Positions 1 through 9,345 of a stretch of 55,292 nt of DNA are shown piece after piece. This DNA comes from Phycisphaerae bacterium (GTDB taxonomy: Bacteria; Planctomycetota; Phycisphaerae; UBA1845). Made by a program: the position numbers and the translations under genes. Location of the stretch: the NCBI GenBank assembly GCA_046753625.1, contig JBHHUB010000002.1:1-55292 (forward strand), in the 5' to 3' direction. A model generated the notes under the pieces. That model did no database searches. It was not told where the DNA came from and saw nothing but the letters and a program-made list of their open reading frames with translations. Positions within the stretch are counted from its first letter, which is position 1; every line of letters starts with the position of its first letter.

Positions 1-15
1 CTGTTTCCTCTTCTT

Positions 16-807
16 CTATCGCGGGCAGGTGAATCGTACCCAGAATTCGAGATCGTCCACGGAAGGCTGATCGGGATCGTAATCGGGACCACTGGTTACG
101 AGAAAGTCTCCGCTGACCGTGTAGAAAAACCCGACGGGATTGCCAATCGTGACCGAAGCCTGCGCGGTTCCGACTTCGTGCAGGCTGAGCGAGCCGTCGT
201 CGTTGATGCCCGCGGCTTGGGCATTGTTCACGGTCATGTGGATTTCCGTCTCGCTTAGTTGCGTGACTGAATTCGTGGCGCTTTGCAGCACGGGGCGGTT
301 GTCGGTGGTGCAGGGCATGCCACCGAGCCCCTCTAAGCTGTGTACGGTGATGGTCTGAAACTCCGGAGCCAGCAGGTCGCCGTTGCTATCAAATGCCTCG
401 ACGCGCCATGCTTCCGCGACCCTCAGGTCGATCGGCTCAACTCCATGGGCCGGGTCGCCGAAGCGGGACTCGGCGGCGATGCGACCCCAGCATCCGTTGA
501 GAAACGCCGCCGCATCGGCGTCGGCCAGCGTGCCCGGAAGTTCGTCGTGAAGCGGGTGGTCTTGGGTTGTGGTGAAGCGCGTTTCGTCCTCCAAGACGAT
601 CAACAGTTCGACGGGAATCTCCGAAAGCACCAACGTCTGAATATCTTCTTGGGACAGTTGCTGCTCGGCCACGATTTGATTGAATGCCTCGCGCAGGGAT
701 TGTTCGGCCGCGCGACTCTGAGCACACGCATCCGGGATTGCGGGCGTGCAGGCGGTGGCCGTTGCTGTAAGGCAGATCAGCATGATCCAACGCGACGCAC
801 GGCGCAT
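16..807 (-). CDS. hypothetical exported/lipoprotein-like protein
   Basis: ORF 16..882. The internal ATG at 807 gives MRRASRWIMLICLTATATAC, with a basic n-region, hydrophobic core and Cys. No recognisable family. Confidence 0.45.
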   Translation of the reverse strand: MRRASRWIMLICLTATATACTPAIPDACAQSRAAEQSLREAFNQIVAEQQLSQEDIQTLVLSEIPVELLIVLEDETRFTTTQDHPLHDELPGTLADADAAAFLNGCWGRIAAESRFGDPAHGVEPIDLRVAEAWRVEAFDSNGDLLAPEFQTITVHSLEGLGGMPCTTDNRPVLQSATNSVTQLSETEIHMTVNNAQAAGINDDGSLSLHEVGTAQASVTIGNPVGFFYTVSGDFLVTSGPDYDPDQPSVDDLEFWVRFTCPR

Positions 808-1434
808 GAGCTTCCCAGCGCTGTCCCCGGCCGGATAGGCTCGGCGCAGTTCGATCAGGTTGTCGGCGTGGCTGCGGTTCATCGCGTTCCGTTTTTGATG
901 TCGGCGGTCTTGGACCGGCCGTGGCTACCCTGCCAGCGCGCCACAACGGCGGAGGTCGGCTCTGTGGCATCATGGCCGAGGGCGGCCGTGCTACATCGTT
1001 TGTCGCCCACCGCGAAGCGGGTGCGAGGAAGGTAGTCGAGGGCTCGTCGGGGTCAAGGGGGGCTTTTCGGGTCACCCGCCTTCGCTGAGCCGCGGGCTTG
1101 AAGCCCGCGCGGCCATCGGAGTCGTGTGGCGTGCTGACACGCAGCGCCGGGCAAGCCCTGGTTTGCGGCCTGCAATCGGTAGGGCGGTGACCGTGTGGCC
1201 GGCGTAAAGGACGTACATTAAGGCGGCGTCCGGTATTTTGGGGCGCCCAGCGGCTGGCAGTACCGGGTTGTGCCCGATAGGCGGGATTGCGTAATCGGTC
1301 TTTTCGACCGCAGAAACCGGGGTTGAATGGGGAGCGGGTCCGCGCATACAATTGGGTGGTTCGGAGGCGAGGAAGTTCCGTGGCGATTGTCGTTGGTGGG
1401 AACTCGCCATGTCCCTGATGGGGGGTATGAGACA

Positions 1435-1701
1435 ATGACTGATACACTCGAGTCCCTAAGACAGCACCAGCTGGTGATATTGCGCCGGCTGCGTCGCGGC
1501 CCGCTGACCGAATTCGAATTGGCCGGCGAGGTTGCGGACGTTTCGGGATACACGACCAGCGACGCTTCCGATCGTATGGAAGATTGGCTCGAAGAACTCT
1601 GCAATGCGGGTTTGATCTGGTACGGGCAGCTTCGCAATTCAGATTGTCAGACGCTTCTCGCGGCCGCACTGACGTCGCGCGGCAAGGAACTTGTCGGGTG
1701 A
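1435..1701 (+). CDS. small winged-helix-like protein (hypothetical)
   Basis: ATG at 1435 inside ORF 1327..1701. LVILRRLRRGPLTEFELAGEV resembles a wHTH unit. Lies about 240 nt upstream of the ABC pair. Confidence 0.35.
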   Translation: MTDTLESLRQHQLVILRRLRRGPLTEFELAGEVADVSGYTTSDASDRMEDWLEELCNAGLIWYGQLRNSDCQTLLAAALTSRGKELVG

Positions 1702-1938
1702 TCGCTATCGGCTGTCATCAATCATGCGCCAGCCGGCGATCATTGACTCTTGGCCTTCAACTTTCGACCTTTGACCGTCGACCTTAGACTTCCTCCGACA
1801 AATCCGTACACGCGGTTGCGTTGAGCGCTACACGCTGAGGGGATACGATGCGCGCCGATCAGTGACACGTCCGCTCCTTCCGCATCGCGCGAGTTGGGCT
1901 GACGGGTACGGTTGGGTGGCCTTAGTCGTGCATCGAAT

Positions 1939-2907
1939 ATGAACATTGTAGAAATCGACAACGTCACGAAGACGTTCGGTGAGCATGTCGCGGTGGACGG
2001 TCTTTCGTTGGCCGTCCCCGAGGGGTCGATTTACGGCTTCATCGGCCCCAACGGGTCGGGAAAAACGACAACATTGCGCATGATCATGCGCATCTACCAT
2101 CCGGATCCGATTTCGGATGCGTCGGCGACCTCGTCCGCATCGGGGCGGATTCGCGTTTTTGGGGCGGAGACATTTCAAGCGACCAACGATCGCATCGGCT
2201 ACCTTCCTGAAGAACGCGGGCTGTACAAGAGAATGAAGGTGGGCGACGTCTTGCGCTTCTACGCCGAGCTCAAGGGTCGGCGTGACTTTCGGCACGGTGT
2301 GGATTCGTGGCTGGAGCGCCTCGGGCTTTCCGAATGGAAGGACAAGAAGGTCGAGACGCTCTCCAAAGGGATGGCACAGAAGGTGCAATTCATCGCGGCG
2401 GTCATCGCCGATCCGGACCTAGTTATTCTCGACGAGCCCTTCAGCGGGCTTGACCCCGTCAACCTCGATCTACTTCGCGACGTCGTCTTGGAGCTGCGTA
2501 AGGGCGGCGCGACCATCATCTTTTCCACACACGACATGGCTCAGGCGGAAATGATGTGCGACTTCGTGTTCATGATCTATAAGGGCAAGAAAGTTCTCGA
2601 TGGCACGATGGATGCCATTCAGGCGAACTATGGGCGCGATACGATCCGCGTTCGCGTCGATGACGGTAGCGGCGCAGGCCGTGGCGTGGATTATCAGCGG
2701 ATTGCCGGGGTTGAACGCGTGATTGATTTTGGCCGATGGAGCGAGCTCAAAGTCAGCGCCGACGCTAATTCGCAGGCGATTCTTGCTGATCTGATGAGGC
2801 AGGGGCGGGTCGATCATTTTGAGCTCACCAGGCCTTCTTTGCATGACATTTTCGTCAGAATCGCCGGGTCGGATGCCCAAGCGTCGAAGGAGGCCGGTCA
2901 TGCGTAA
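1939..2907 (+). CDS. ABC transporter ATP-binding protein (ABC-2/NatA-like)
   Basis: Walker A GPNGSGKTT, signature LSKGMAQK, Walker B LVILDEPFSGLD, H-loop STHDM. ATG 1939 (MNIVEIDNVTK) chosen inside ORF 1912..2907. Confidence 0.9.
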   Translation: MNIVEIDNVTKTFGEHVAVDGLSLAVPEGSIYGFIGPNGSGKTTTLRMIMRIYHPDPISDASATSSASGRIRVFGAETFQATNDRIGYLPEERGLYKRMKVGDVLRFYAELKGRRDFRHGVDSWLERLGLSEWKDKKVETLSKGMAQKVQFIAAVIADPDLVILDEPFSGLDPVNLDLLRDVVLELRKGGATIIFSTHDMAQAEMMCDFVFMIYKGKKVLDGTMDAIQANYGRDTIRVRVDDGSGAGRGVDYQRIAGVERVIDFGRWSELKVSADANSQAILADLMRQGRVDHFELTRPSLHDIFVRIAGSDAQASKEAGHA

Positions 2908-4255
2908 GATGCTGGTTGTCGCCGTGCGAGAGTATCAATCGGCCGTCAAGACCAAGGCGTTTCTCATTACGTTGCTGGCGATGCCGGTGATGATGGGGGG
3001 GAGCATCGCCGTTCAAGTGCTGCTGCGCGATAAGGTAGATACGGCCGACAAACGCGTGGCCGTCTTGGATTACTCCGGAGTCATCTACAGCGCCATTGCC
3101 GCCGCAGCGCAAGAACGCAACACCAACGGCATCTATGAGGAAACCGCGGGGCAACGCAAGCAGGTCAAGCCGGGGTTCTTGGTGGAACCTGTAGCGCCGG
3201 ATACCGATGATGCCGCGCACGTCATTCTTGGCCTGTCGAATCGGGTTCGTCAGGGGGAGCTATTCGCTTTTGTGGTGATCGGTCCGGACGTGGTGGATGC
3301 CTCGGCCGGTTCCGCAAGCCTGTCCGGGGAGCGGAATGGGGCTGAGGCCGACCGGGCCGCCGTTCGCTATCATTCCAACAGTCCTACCTACGATGATTTG
3401 CCCAGATGGTTGAGCATGCCGATCAACGAGCGGATTCAGCAGCTCCGCCTTACCGCTGCGCACCTGGATCCGAAAGTGGTTGGCGAGGCCATGAAGCGGA
3501 CACGTGTGGCGAATCTGGGTCTGGTATCGCTGGACGAAGCGGGCAACGTCACCGAGGCGGAAGAAACGAATCGGATCGCTAACCTAGTTGTTCCGATGGG
3601 TTTGATGATGCTCATGTTCATGGTGGTTATGGTCGGTGGACCGCCGCTGATGCAGAGCGTGCTCGAAGAGAAAATGCAACGGATTGCCGAGGTCTTGCTG
3701 GCTTCAATTTCGCCGTTTCCTTTGATGATGGGCAAGTTGCTTGGCATGGTGGGTGTCTCGCTGACCATTTCGACGGTCTATCTGGTGGGGGGCTTCATGG
3801 CCATAGAGCGCGCCGGGTACGGAGCCCTTTTTCCGTCGCATGTGGTGTGGTGGTTTGTGTTGTACGTGGCGCTGGCCGTGCTGATGTATGGGTCGCTGTT
3901 TATCGCGGTGGGAGCGGCGGTAAGTGACCTGAAAGAATCGCAGAGCATGGTCATGCCGGTCATGATGGTAGCGGTCTCACCGATGTTTGTGTGGTTGCAG
4001 GTGGTCAAGGAACCCACCTCGACGTTTTCAACCGTGCTTTCCCTGATTCCACCGTTGACGCCAACGTTGATGGTACTGCGGCAGGCCGTTCCGCCGGGCG
4101 TTCCCATTTGGCAACCGATCTTGGGCGCGCTCCTGGTGATGCTGACCACCGTCGGATGTGTTTTCGTGTCGGGCCGGGTCTTTCGTGTGGGCATTCTAAT
4201 GCAGGGGAAGGGAGCTAAGGTCTCGGAGATGGTGCGGTGGATTTTTCGGGGGTAA
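2900..4255 (+). CDS. ABC-2 family permease (NatB-like, large extracytoplasmic loop)
   Basis: ATG 2900 is preceded by GAAGGAGG and overlaps the upstream stop by 8 nt. One N-terminal TM, a hydrophilic loop of about 200 aa, then a cluster of C-terminal TM helices. Confidence 0.85.
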   Translation: MRKMLVVAVREYQSAVKTKAFLITLLAMPVMMGGSIAVQVLLRDKVDTADKRVAVLDYSGVIYSAIAAAAQERNTNGIYEETAGQRKQVKPGFLVEPVAPDTDDAAHVILGLSNRVRQGELFAFVVIGPDVVDASAGSASLSGERNGAEADRAAVRYHSNSPTYDDLPRWLSMPINERIQQLRLTAAHLDPKVVGEAMKRTRVANLGLVSLDEAGNVTEAEETNRIANLVVPMGLMMLMFMVVMVGGPPLMQSVLEEKMQRIAEVLLASISPFPLMMGKLLGMVGVSLTISTVYLVGGFMAIERAGYGALFPSHVVWWFVLYVALAVLMYGSLFIAVGAAVSDLKESQSMVMPVMMVAVSPMFVWLQVVKEPTSTFSTVLSLIPPLTPTLMVLRQAVPPGVPIWQPILGALLVMLTTVGCVFVSGRVFRVGILMQGKGAKVSEMVRWIFRG

Positions 4256-4256
4256 A

Positions 4257-4277
4257 CGTCTGGGGGTGTCCCAGACG
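4257..4277 (+). terminator. hairpin immediately after the permease stop
   Basis: CGTCTGGG-GGTGT-CCCAGACG, a perfect 8-bp stem 2 nt after TAA. No clear T-tract. Confidence 0.4.
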
Positions 4278-4585
4278 CACTCTACGGGCTGTTATGCCGT
4301 CTGGTTTACCTCCCCTGCAACGGCCAACACGGGCCTTCGATTCAGAAGTGGCCTGAACCACGAGCGTAAAGCCCGTACGGCTTCGTAGGCCTCATCCTCC
4401 GACCGCTGCGCGGCACATGCAACCGCGCCCCGCGCCGATTTTGCGCGACTGACTGGCCGCAAATGGTTGGCGGTTTGAGGCTCCAGCAGACGATCACTAC
4501 CATATCTTGGGATTCCCGCTTCTGCTGCGCTAGTCGTAGTGGCTCGCGGCAGAAAAAGAAAATCCATAATAATCCTAAGGATTTC

Positions 4586-4614
4586 TTGACGTTCGTGAAT
4601 TGTTAGGGTATTCT
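4586..4614 (+). promoter_or_regulatory. sigma70-like promoter candidate in an AT-richer island
   Basis: TTGACG-N17-TATTCT. GTTC-N7-GTTA lies between the -35 and -10 elements. The palindrome AATCCT-A-AGGATT (4571-4583) is just upstream. Confidence 0.3.
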
Positions 4615-5113
4615 TGAACCGAACAAAAGCATAACACCCGCTCGCCGGGACGGGCCGTCGAGTGGAACCTGGGACTGGCTGCGTGGGCGCGCAAGGAAGG
4701 GCTGGCGATGACAGCAGGAACTCGCACGAAGGTCAAGGCCGTGGGTGACGAGCGGTTTGCGGAGGCGCCGGCAGGCCATGAAACCGAGACCCCACTCTGT
4801 ATGTTTGGTCCCGGCGGGGATTTTCGTCGGGCTCTTTATGCCCCGACGCAGGATGAGGCGTCCGCTCGGACGCAGCATGTGGCGGTCGGCATGGCCGCGC
4901 CAAGTGAGGATCGAGCCGCCTCGGTGCTGTGGCGCCGGTTGTTGTGCGGATTCGATCGAGCGGCCCAGGCGGCGGCCAAGCAGGCGGCTGGGGAGGCCGT
5001 TGGTGTTCTGCGGGCGTTGACTTTGCTGAAGGCAGGCACCTTACCCCTTGTAGTGCATGGGTCCCTCGTGGCGGCCGGTCTGCGGAGGGTTGACCCGATG
5101 TTGGAGCGAACCG

Positions 5114-5749
5114 ATGGCAAGAAAGAAGACGGCACGAGGCGCCGAGTCGCTTTGTCTCAAACCGCGGCAACTCGAGATCCTGGCCATGGTCCGGGATACG
5201 CGGGCGACTTACGGCTATTCCCCGACCTTGCAGGAGATGGCCGACGAGCTCGGCATAAGCAAAATCACCGTGTTCGAGCACGTTGGAAACCTGCTCGCCG
5301 AAAAGTTACTTACCCGGCAATCGAACAAGGCTCGCTCTTTGAGATTGGCCTCGTCGGTCCGGTTGCCGGATGATCGGCCAACGCGGCTTCCGCTCGTAGG
5401 GCGCATTGCGGCCGGTCGGCCCATTGAGGCCATCGAGGTGCAGGATACCGTCGATCTTGAAGAAATCTTCACGAGTCGGTATCCGGTGCGCGCGCTGACG
5501 GTTGATGGCGACAGCATGATCGATGAGCACATTTCCGATGGCGACCTGGTGATCTACGAGGAGCGGTCCAATGCTCGAAATGGGGATACGGTGGTGGCTT
5601 TGGTGGGCGGTGAGGAAGCGACGCTGAAGAAGTTCTATAAGGAGAAGGATCGCGTTCGCCTCCAGCCGGCCAATCGCCGATTCAAGCCGATTTACTCGCG
5701 TGATGTGAAAATCCAGGGCGTGGTGATCGGGGTGCTGCGTCGACTGTGA
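5114..5749 (+). CDS. lexA: LexA repressor (S24 peptidase)
   Basis: wHTH SPTLQEMADELGISKITVFEHV, Ala-Gly cleavage site in RIAAGRP, catalytic Ser in VDGDSM and Lys in ATLKKF. ATG 5114 inside ORF 5057..5749. Confidence 0.92.
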   Translation: MARKKTARGAESLCLKPRQLEILAMVRDTRATYGYSPTLQEMADELGISKITVFEHVGNLLAEKLLTRQSNKARSLRLASSVRLPDDRPTRLPLVGRIAAGRPIEAIEVQDTVDLEEIFTSRYPVRALTVDGDSMIDEHISDGDLVIYEERSNARNGDTVVALVGGEEATLKKFYKEKDRVRLQPANRRFKPIYSRDVKIQGVVIGVLRRL

Positions 5750-5963
5750 CGGCACGGCAGTACCGGCGGCTGTGATTGCAGGCCTGCGTTGAAGTAGCCC
5801 GGGGCCATCGCAGCGCATCGCTTCAGGCTGTCGGAAAGCGCGGCGCCCGAGCTGTCGGAAGTGTCACTATCCTGATCTGCGTGTGGGTAGTGCGGTGGGT
5901 TGCCTTTAGCGTGATGAGCAACTAGGCTTGGCCTTCCGAGTTTCGATGGGAGGCATGGTGTAG

Positions 5964-7346
5964 TTGCATCGCACATCCGGACGCCCGTTACCATTTCTTT
6001 CACGCCGAAATTACCACTATGAACTCCGGCAAATAGTGGCGTGGAGTGTGTTGGCCGGTCTGGTCGAGGGCAACTTCGGCAGCGTCGTGGTCGCCAAGAG
6101 TTTCCACGGCGGTGATTGGCTGATTGCGCTGGCCACGGCTACGCCCGTTGCGGCGTTCCTGAGTAGCCTTGTTTGGGGCATGCTTTGCGTCGGCCGACCC
6201 AAGCTTCGATTGCTTACGCTCTTTTCGGCGGGTACGGCCCTGTGCGCCGGGGCGGTGGGGGCGATTCCCAACAGCGAGCTTGGGGCGATCTGGTTTATCG
6301 TGCAGATGGCGGCCGCCCAGGTGCTGATGGCCGGCGTACTGACTGTTCGGTCGGCGTTGTGGAAGTCGAATTACCCGGCAAGCGTGCGTGGGCAGGTGGC
6401 CGCCCGGTTGCAGCGTGCGCGGTTCGTGGTGAGTGTTTTGACATCGCTGACGGCCGCGGCGGTTTGCGATCGGAACCCCAACGCGTATCAGACGATGTAT
6501 CCCGTCGCGGCGGGGCTGGGGATCGTTGCGGTGTGGATGATCCGGCGGCTGCACGTGCGTGGCGAACGCAGCGAGCTTCGCGTTGCCGGGCGGAGGCCCT
6601 CGGGCAACGGAGATTTGCGGCGCGAGCTCGTTGAACCGTTCAGTTTGACGGCTTTGCTCTCGCCGGGGCACGTGTTGGGGGCGATGTGGCGCGTGCTGCG
6701 CGAGGATCGGCGGTATCGCTTCTATTGCCTCGCGCAGTTTTTGATGGGCATGGCCAACTTGATGACGATCTCCATCGTCGCATCGCTGATCACGCGTGAA
6801 TTGGATTTCGGATCGGCCTGGGGTTTTTGGGTCAGCACGGCCTTGCTCGTTGCGATTCCTCAACTGGCGCTTCTTGGCAGCATAGGGCGATGGGGGCGGC
6901 TGTTCGATCGGGTCGGCGTGTTGGCGTTTCGCGTCATCAATGTGAGCGTTTGGACGGGCTCGCTGGTTCTGGCCATGCTGGCGACGCTGATGATCGTGAA
7001 GTCTGAGGTGTCGGGGTCATGGCAGCTTCCGTGTGCCGTGGTATTGTTTGCAGGGCGAGGTTTGTTGGCGGGGATCGGTCGTGGCGGCGGTGCCCTGGCG
7101 TGGCACCTCGGCCATTTGCATTTTGCGCGGCCCGCGGAGGCGGAAATCTACATGGGATTGCATGTCTCGCTTACCGGGTTTCGGGGGATCGTCGCGCCGC
7201 TGGGGGGGATGTGGCTGTGGCGAATGATGGGTTGGCCGGTCTGGTTGATCGCCATTGGGCTTTCGGTGGCAAGTTTGGCACTGTACTCGGCCATGGCGAA
7301 ACAAGAGCGACTCGCTCAACCGTCGGGCGAATCGTCGCAAGGCTGA
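5964..7346 (+). CDS. MFS-like polytopic membrane transporter
   Basis: 460-aa ORF starting with TTG at 5964 (start uncertain). About 12 hydrophobic helices. The GRWGRLFDRVG loop resembles MFS motif A. Confidence 0.6.
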   Translation: MHRTSGRPLPFLSRRNYHYELRQIVAWSVLAGLVEGNFGSVVVAKSFHGGDWLIALATATPVAAFLSSLVWGMLCVGRPKLRLLTLFSAGTALCAGAVGAIPNSELGAIWFIVQMAAAQVLMAGVLTVRSALWKSNYPASVRGQVAARLQRARFVVSVLTSLTAAAVCDRNPNAYQTMYPVAAGLGIVAVWMIRRLHVRGERSELRVAGRRPSGNGDLRRELVEPFSLTALLSPGHVLGAMWRVLREDRRYRFYCLAQFLMGMANLMTISIVASLITRELDFGSAWGFWVSTALLVAIPQLALLGSIGRWGRLFDRVGVLAFRVINVSVWTGSLVLAMLATLMIVKSEVSGSWQLPCAVVLFAGRGLLAGIGRGGGALAWHLGHLHFARPAEAEIYMGLHVSLTGFRGIVAPLGGMWLWRMMGWPVWLIAIGLSVASLALYSAMAKQERLAQPSGESSQG

Positions 7347-8548
7347 AGCTCGCCGGCAAGGTACACGGCCGCGGGTCGGGCCGGCGTTTCAAAAATGGCT
7401 TCCCAAGTTTTTGGGGAACCGCCGGCTGGCAGGGCGATTACGGCACAATCGGCCGCCTTGGCCGGCACGAGCGTTCCGATGACCCGCTCCAAACCAAGAG
7501 CGCGGGCGCCGTTGAGGGTGCCCATGGCCAGCAGGGCTGAGGCGGGAAGATGGGGATGCTGGTCATGGAGGAATCGAAGCTCATCGAGTACGGAGAGCGA
7601 GGGGTTCGACGCCAGGCTGTCCGTGGCGATGCAGACATTGATTCCGGCGCTTTGCATGTCGAGGAAGCGATGCGGGGCATGCTGAAAGGCTGCGTGGGTT
7701 CGCGGACAGTAGGCGATCGCTGCGCCGCTTTGGGCCAGCGCTGCGATGTCGTTGTCGGAGACGTAATTGGCATGAGCCACGACGGTGCGGGGCGTCAGGA
7801 GACCCGTGGCTGCCGCCAACTCAATCGGGGTCATGCCTGCCACCGGTATGGCATCGTCCCAAACGCCGAGGCCCTTCAAGTAGGCCACGAATGGTCCGGA
7901 ACGGTCCTGCGTGAAGCATTCTTCCTCTGGGGTTTCCGCCAGATGCACGGCCAGAGGTATGTCCGCGACTGCGGCTTGTGCGGCGCACGCCCTCATCGCG
8001 TCGGGTTCGACGGTATAGGGCGCATGGGGCGAGATGCCGATGATGCAGCGATCGGTGGCCGACTTGCGGTCGATGGCGCAGCCGATTCGTTCCTCCAGCG
8101 CGTCGCGTTGGATTCCGATCGTGATCACTTCACCAAAGGAAACGGTGCGAATCGGCGAAGCCGCCAGCAAGGGGCGTGTTCGATCGGGCTCGCGCGTGAT
8201 GTCGCCGAGGGTGGTGACGCCTGCGGCGATGCTCTCGCGGATCCCCCGGGCGATGACGGTCGGGATTTCGTCGGGCCACGACTTGTTGGCGCGGATGACG
8301 GCTACGAGCTGCTCGAGCCAGTCCACGAAGCCGGCGCGCGGGATGATTTCCCCGCAGAGCCCGGACAGTTCGAGATGGGTGTGGGCGTTGACGAATCCGG
8401 GGATCAGAACGGCGTCACCGTAGTCGACATCGGCCCGGTGGGGGCGGTTGTGGCCGATTTCGTGAATCAGGCCGTTGGTCATGCGGATAAAACCGTTGTC
8501 GATCACGTCGCCGGCGCCGCTGACGATGAATCGAGCGCGCACAATCAC
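7316..8548 (-). CDS. amidohydrolase-superfamily deaminase/chlorohydrolase-like protein (MtaD/SsnA/aminofutalosine-deaminase type, subfamily unresolved)
   Basis: Canonical N-terminus VIVRARFIVSGAGDVIDNG..I and metal-binding HxH in GFVNAHTHLE. GTG at 8548 overlaps the upstream TGA (GTGA coupling). Confidence 0.85.
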   Translation of the reverse strand: MIVRARFIVSGAGDVIDNGFIRMTNGLIHEIGHNRPHRADVDYGDAVLIPGFVNAHTHLELSGLCGEIIPRAGFVDWLEQLVAVIRANKSWPDEIPTVIARGIRESIAAGVTTLGDITREPDRTRPLLAASPIRTVSFGEVITIGIQRDALEERIGCAIDRKSATDRCIIGISPHAPYTVEPDAMRACAAQAAVADIPLAVHLAETPEEECFTQDRSGPFVAYLKGLGVWDDAIPVAGMTPIELAAATGLLTPRTVVAHANYVSDNDIAALAQSGAAIAYCPRTHAAFQHAPHRFLDMQSAGINVCIATDSLASNPSLSVLDELRFLHDQHPHLPASALLAMGTLNGARALGLERVIGTLVPAKAADCAVIALPAGGSPKTWEAIFETPARPAAVYLAGELQPCDDSPDG

Positions 8549-9345
8549 GGCTTGCCCGTTCCCGGATCGGGTTTCGATGGAAGCTCCATTTCGACGTACG
8601 CCCCGTCGTCGATGAATCCGAAACGGGTCAGCAGGGCATGCATCCCGGTGTCTTCGCTGTCTATGCAGGCGCAAATGGAGTGCATCATCAGCCGCCGCGC
8701 CAGCGCGAGCACGTTGCCCAACAGGGCCTCGCCGGTTGCGGAGTCCGAGAATGCGGGGAGCACCTCAAACTCCATGACGCGGGCGATATCGCCGACCTGA
8801 TAAAGCGCGCATCGCCCCGCCGGGACTCCGGCCGCGATGGCTACGAATACATCGAACGCCGCGTCGTCGAGGCGTTCGTTGAGAATCTCGGCGCGTTGGT
8901 CTTGCTGCGGGCGGCAGTCGGAAACGCCGGTATGGACGACAGTCTGGTGCAGGGCCTCGCGCATGGCGCGGGCGGGCAATACGCGGATGCTGGGATCGGG
9001 CGCTACTTTGGGCCACGTCGTCAGCCTCATGGCGGTGAACCGTCGGGTCGCGAATCCGAGCGAAGCTAAGAACGCAGTCCAGGGCGCCGCCGGTTGATCG
9101 TAGGCGGCCGCCCATCGGCCGCAGACGATGTTGTGGCTATTGAAGTGAGCGCGCGCCTGTTCGAACGCCGTTTGGCAGGTGGCCTCGTCGGGCAGCACGA
9201 CTTCGCGAAACTGGTTGAGTTCGGTGGCGGTGGGGTAGCGTGGGCAATAATACGCGATGCCGTGGTCCAGCGTTTCTTTCTCGCAGAGCTGATTGCAAAA
9301 GGCTTGAGACGTGCGATTCAGTTGGGCGATGGTGGTAGTCGTCAT
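8545..9345 (-). CDS. GNAT-like N-acetyltransferase (tentative)
   Basis: The C-terminal half resembles an acetyltransferase fold (VGDIARVMEFEVLP...GEALLGNVLALARR...TRFGF). ATG 9345 overlaps the gatA stop (ATGA). Confidence 0.5.
   Translation of the reverse strand: MTTTTIAQLNRTSQAFCNQLCEKETLDHGIAYYCPRYPTATELNQFREVVLPDEATCQTAFEQARAHFNSHNIVCGRWAAAYDQPAAPWTAFLASLGFATRRFTAMRLTTWPKVAPDPSIRVLPARAMREALHQTVVHTGVSDCRPQQDQRAEILNERLDDAAFDVFVAIAAGVPAGRCALYQVGDIARVMEFEVLPAFSDSATGEALLGNVLALARRLMMHSICACIDSEDTGMHALLTRFGFIDDGAYVEMELPSKPDPGTGKP

Noticed and set aside
437-1669. Long ORFs antisense to or overlapping real genes (e.g. 437-1669, 6000-6863, 9809-11068, 19205-20251, 25130-26689, 28207-29046, 38224-39141, 45647-46621, 48999-50153)
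   Set aside because: They have Arg/Pro/Gly-rich low-complexity translations with no family motifs. They lie opposite genes with clear signatures. This is the typical open-frame artefact of GC-rich DNA.
4292-4567. 91-aa ORF with an AGGA-like site before its ATG, next to the AT-richer island
   Set aside because: The translation runs through REP-like hairpin DNA and has no recognisable fold or motif. I treat it as non-coding unless expression data say otherwise.
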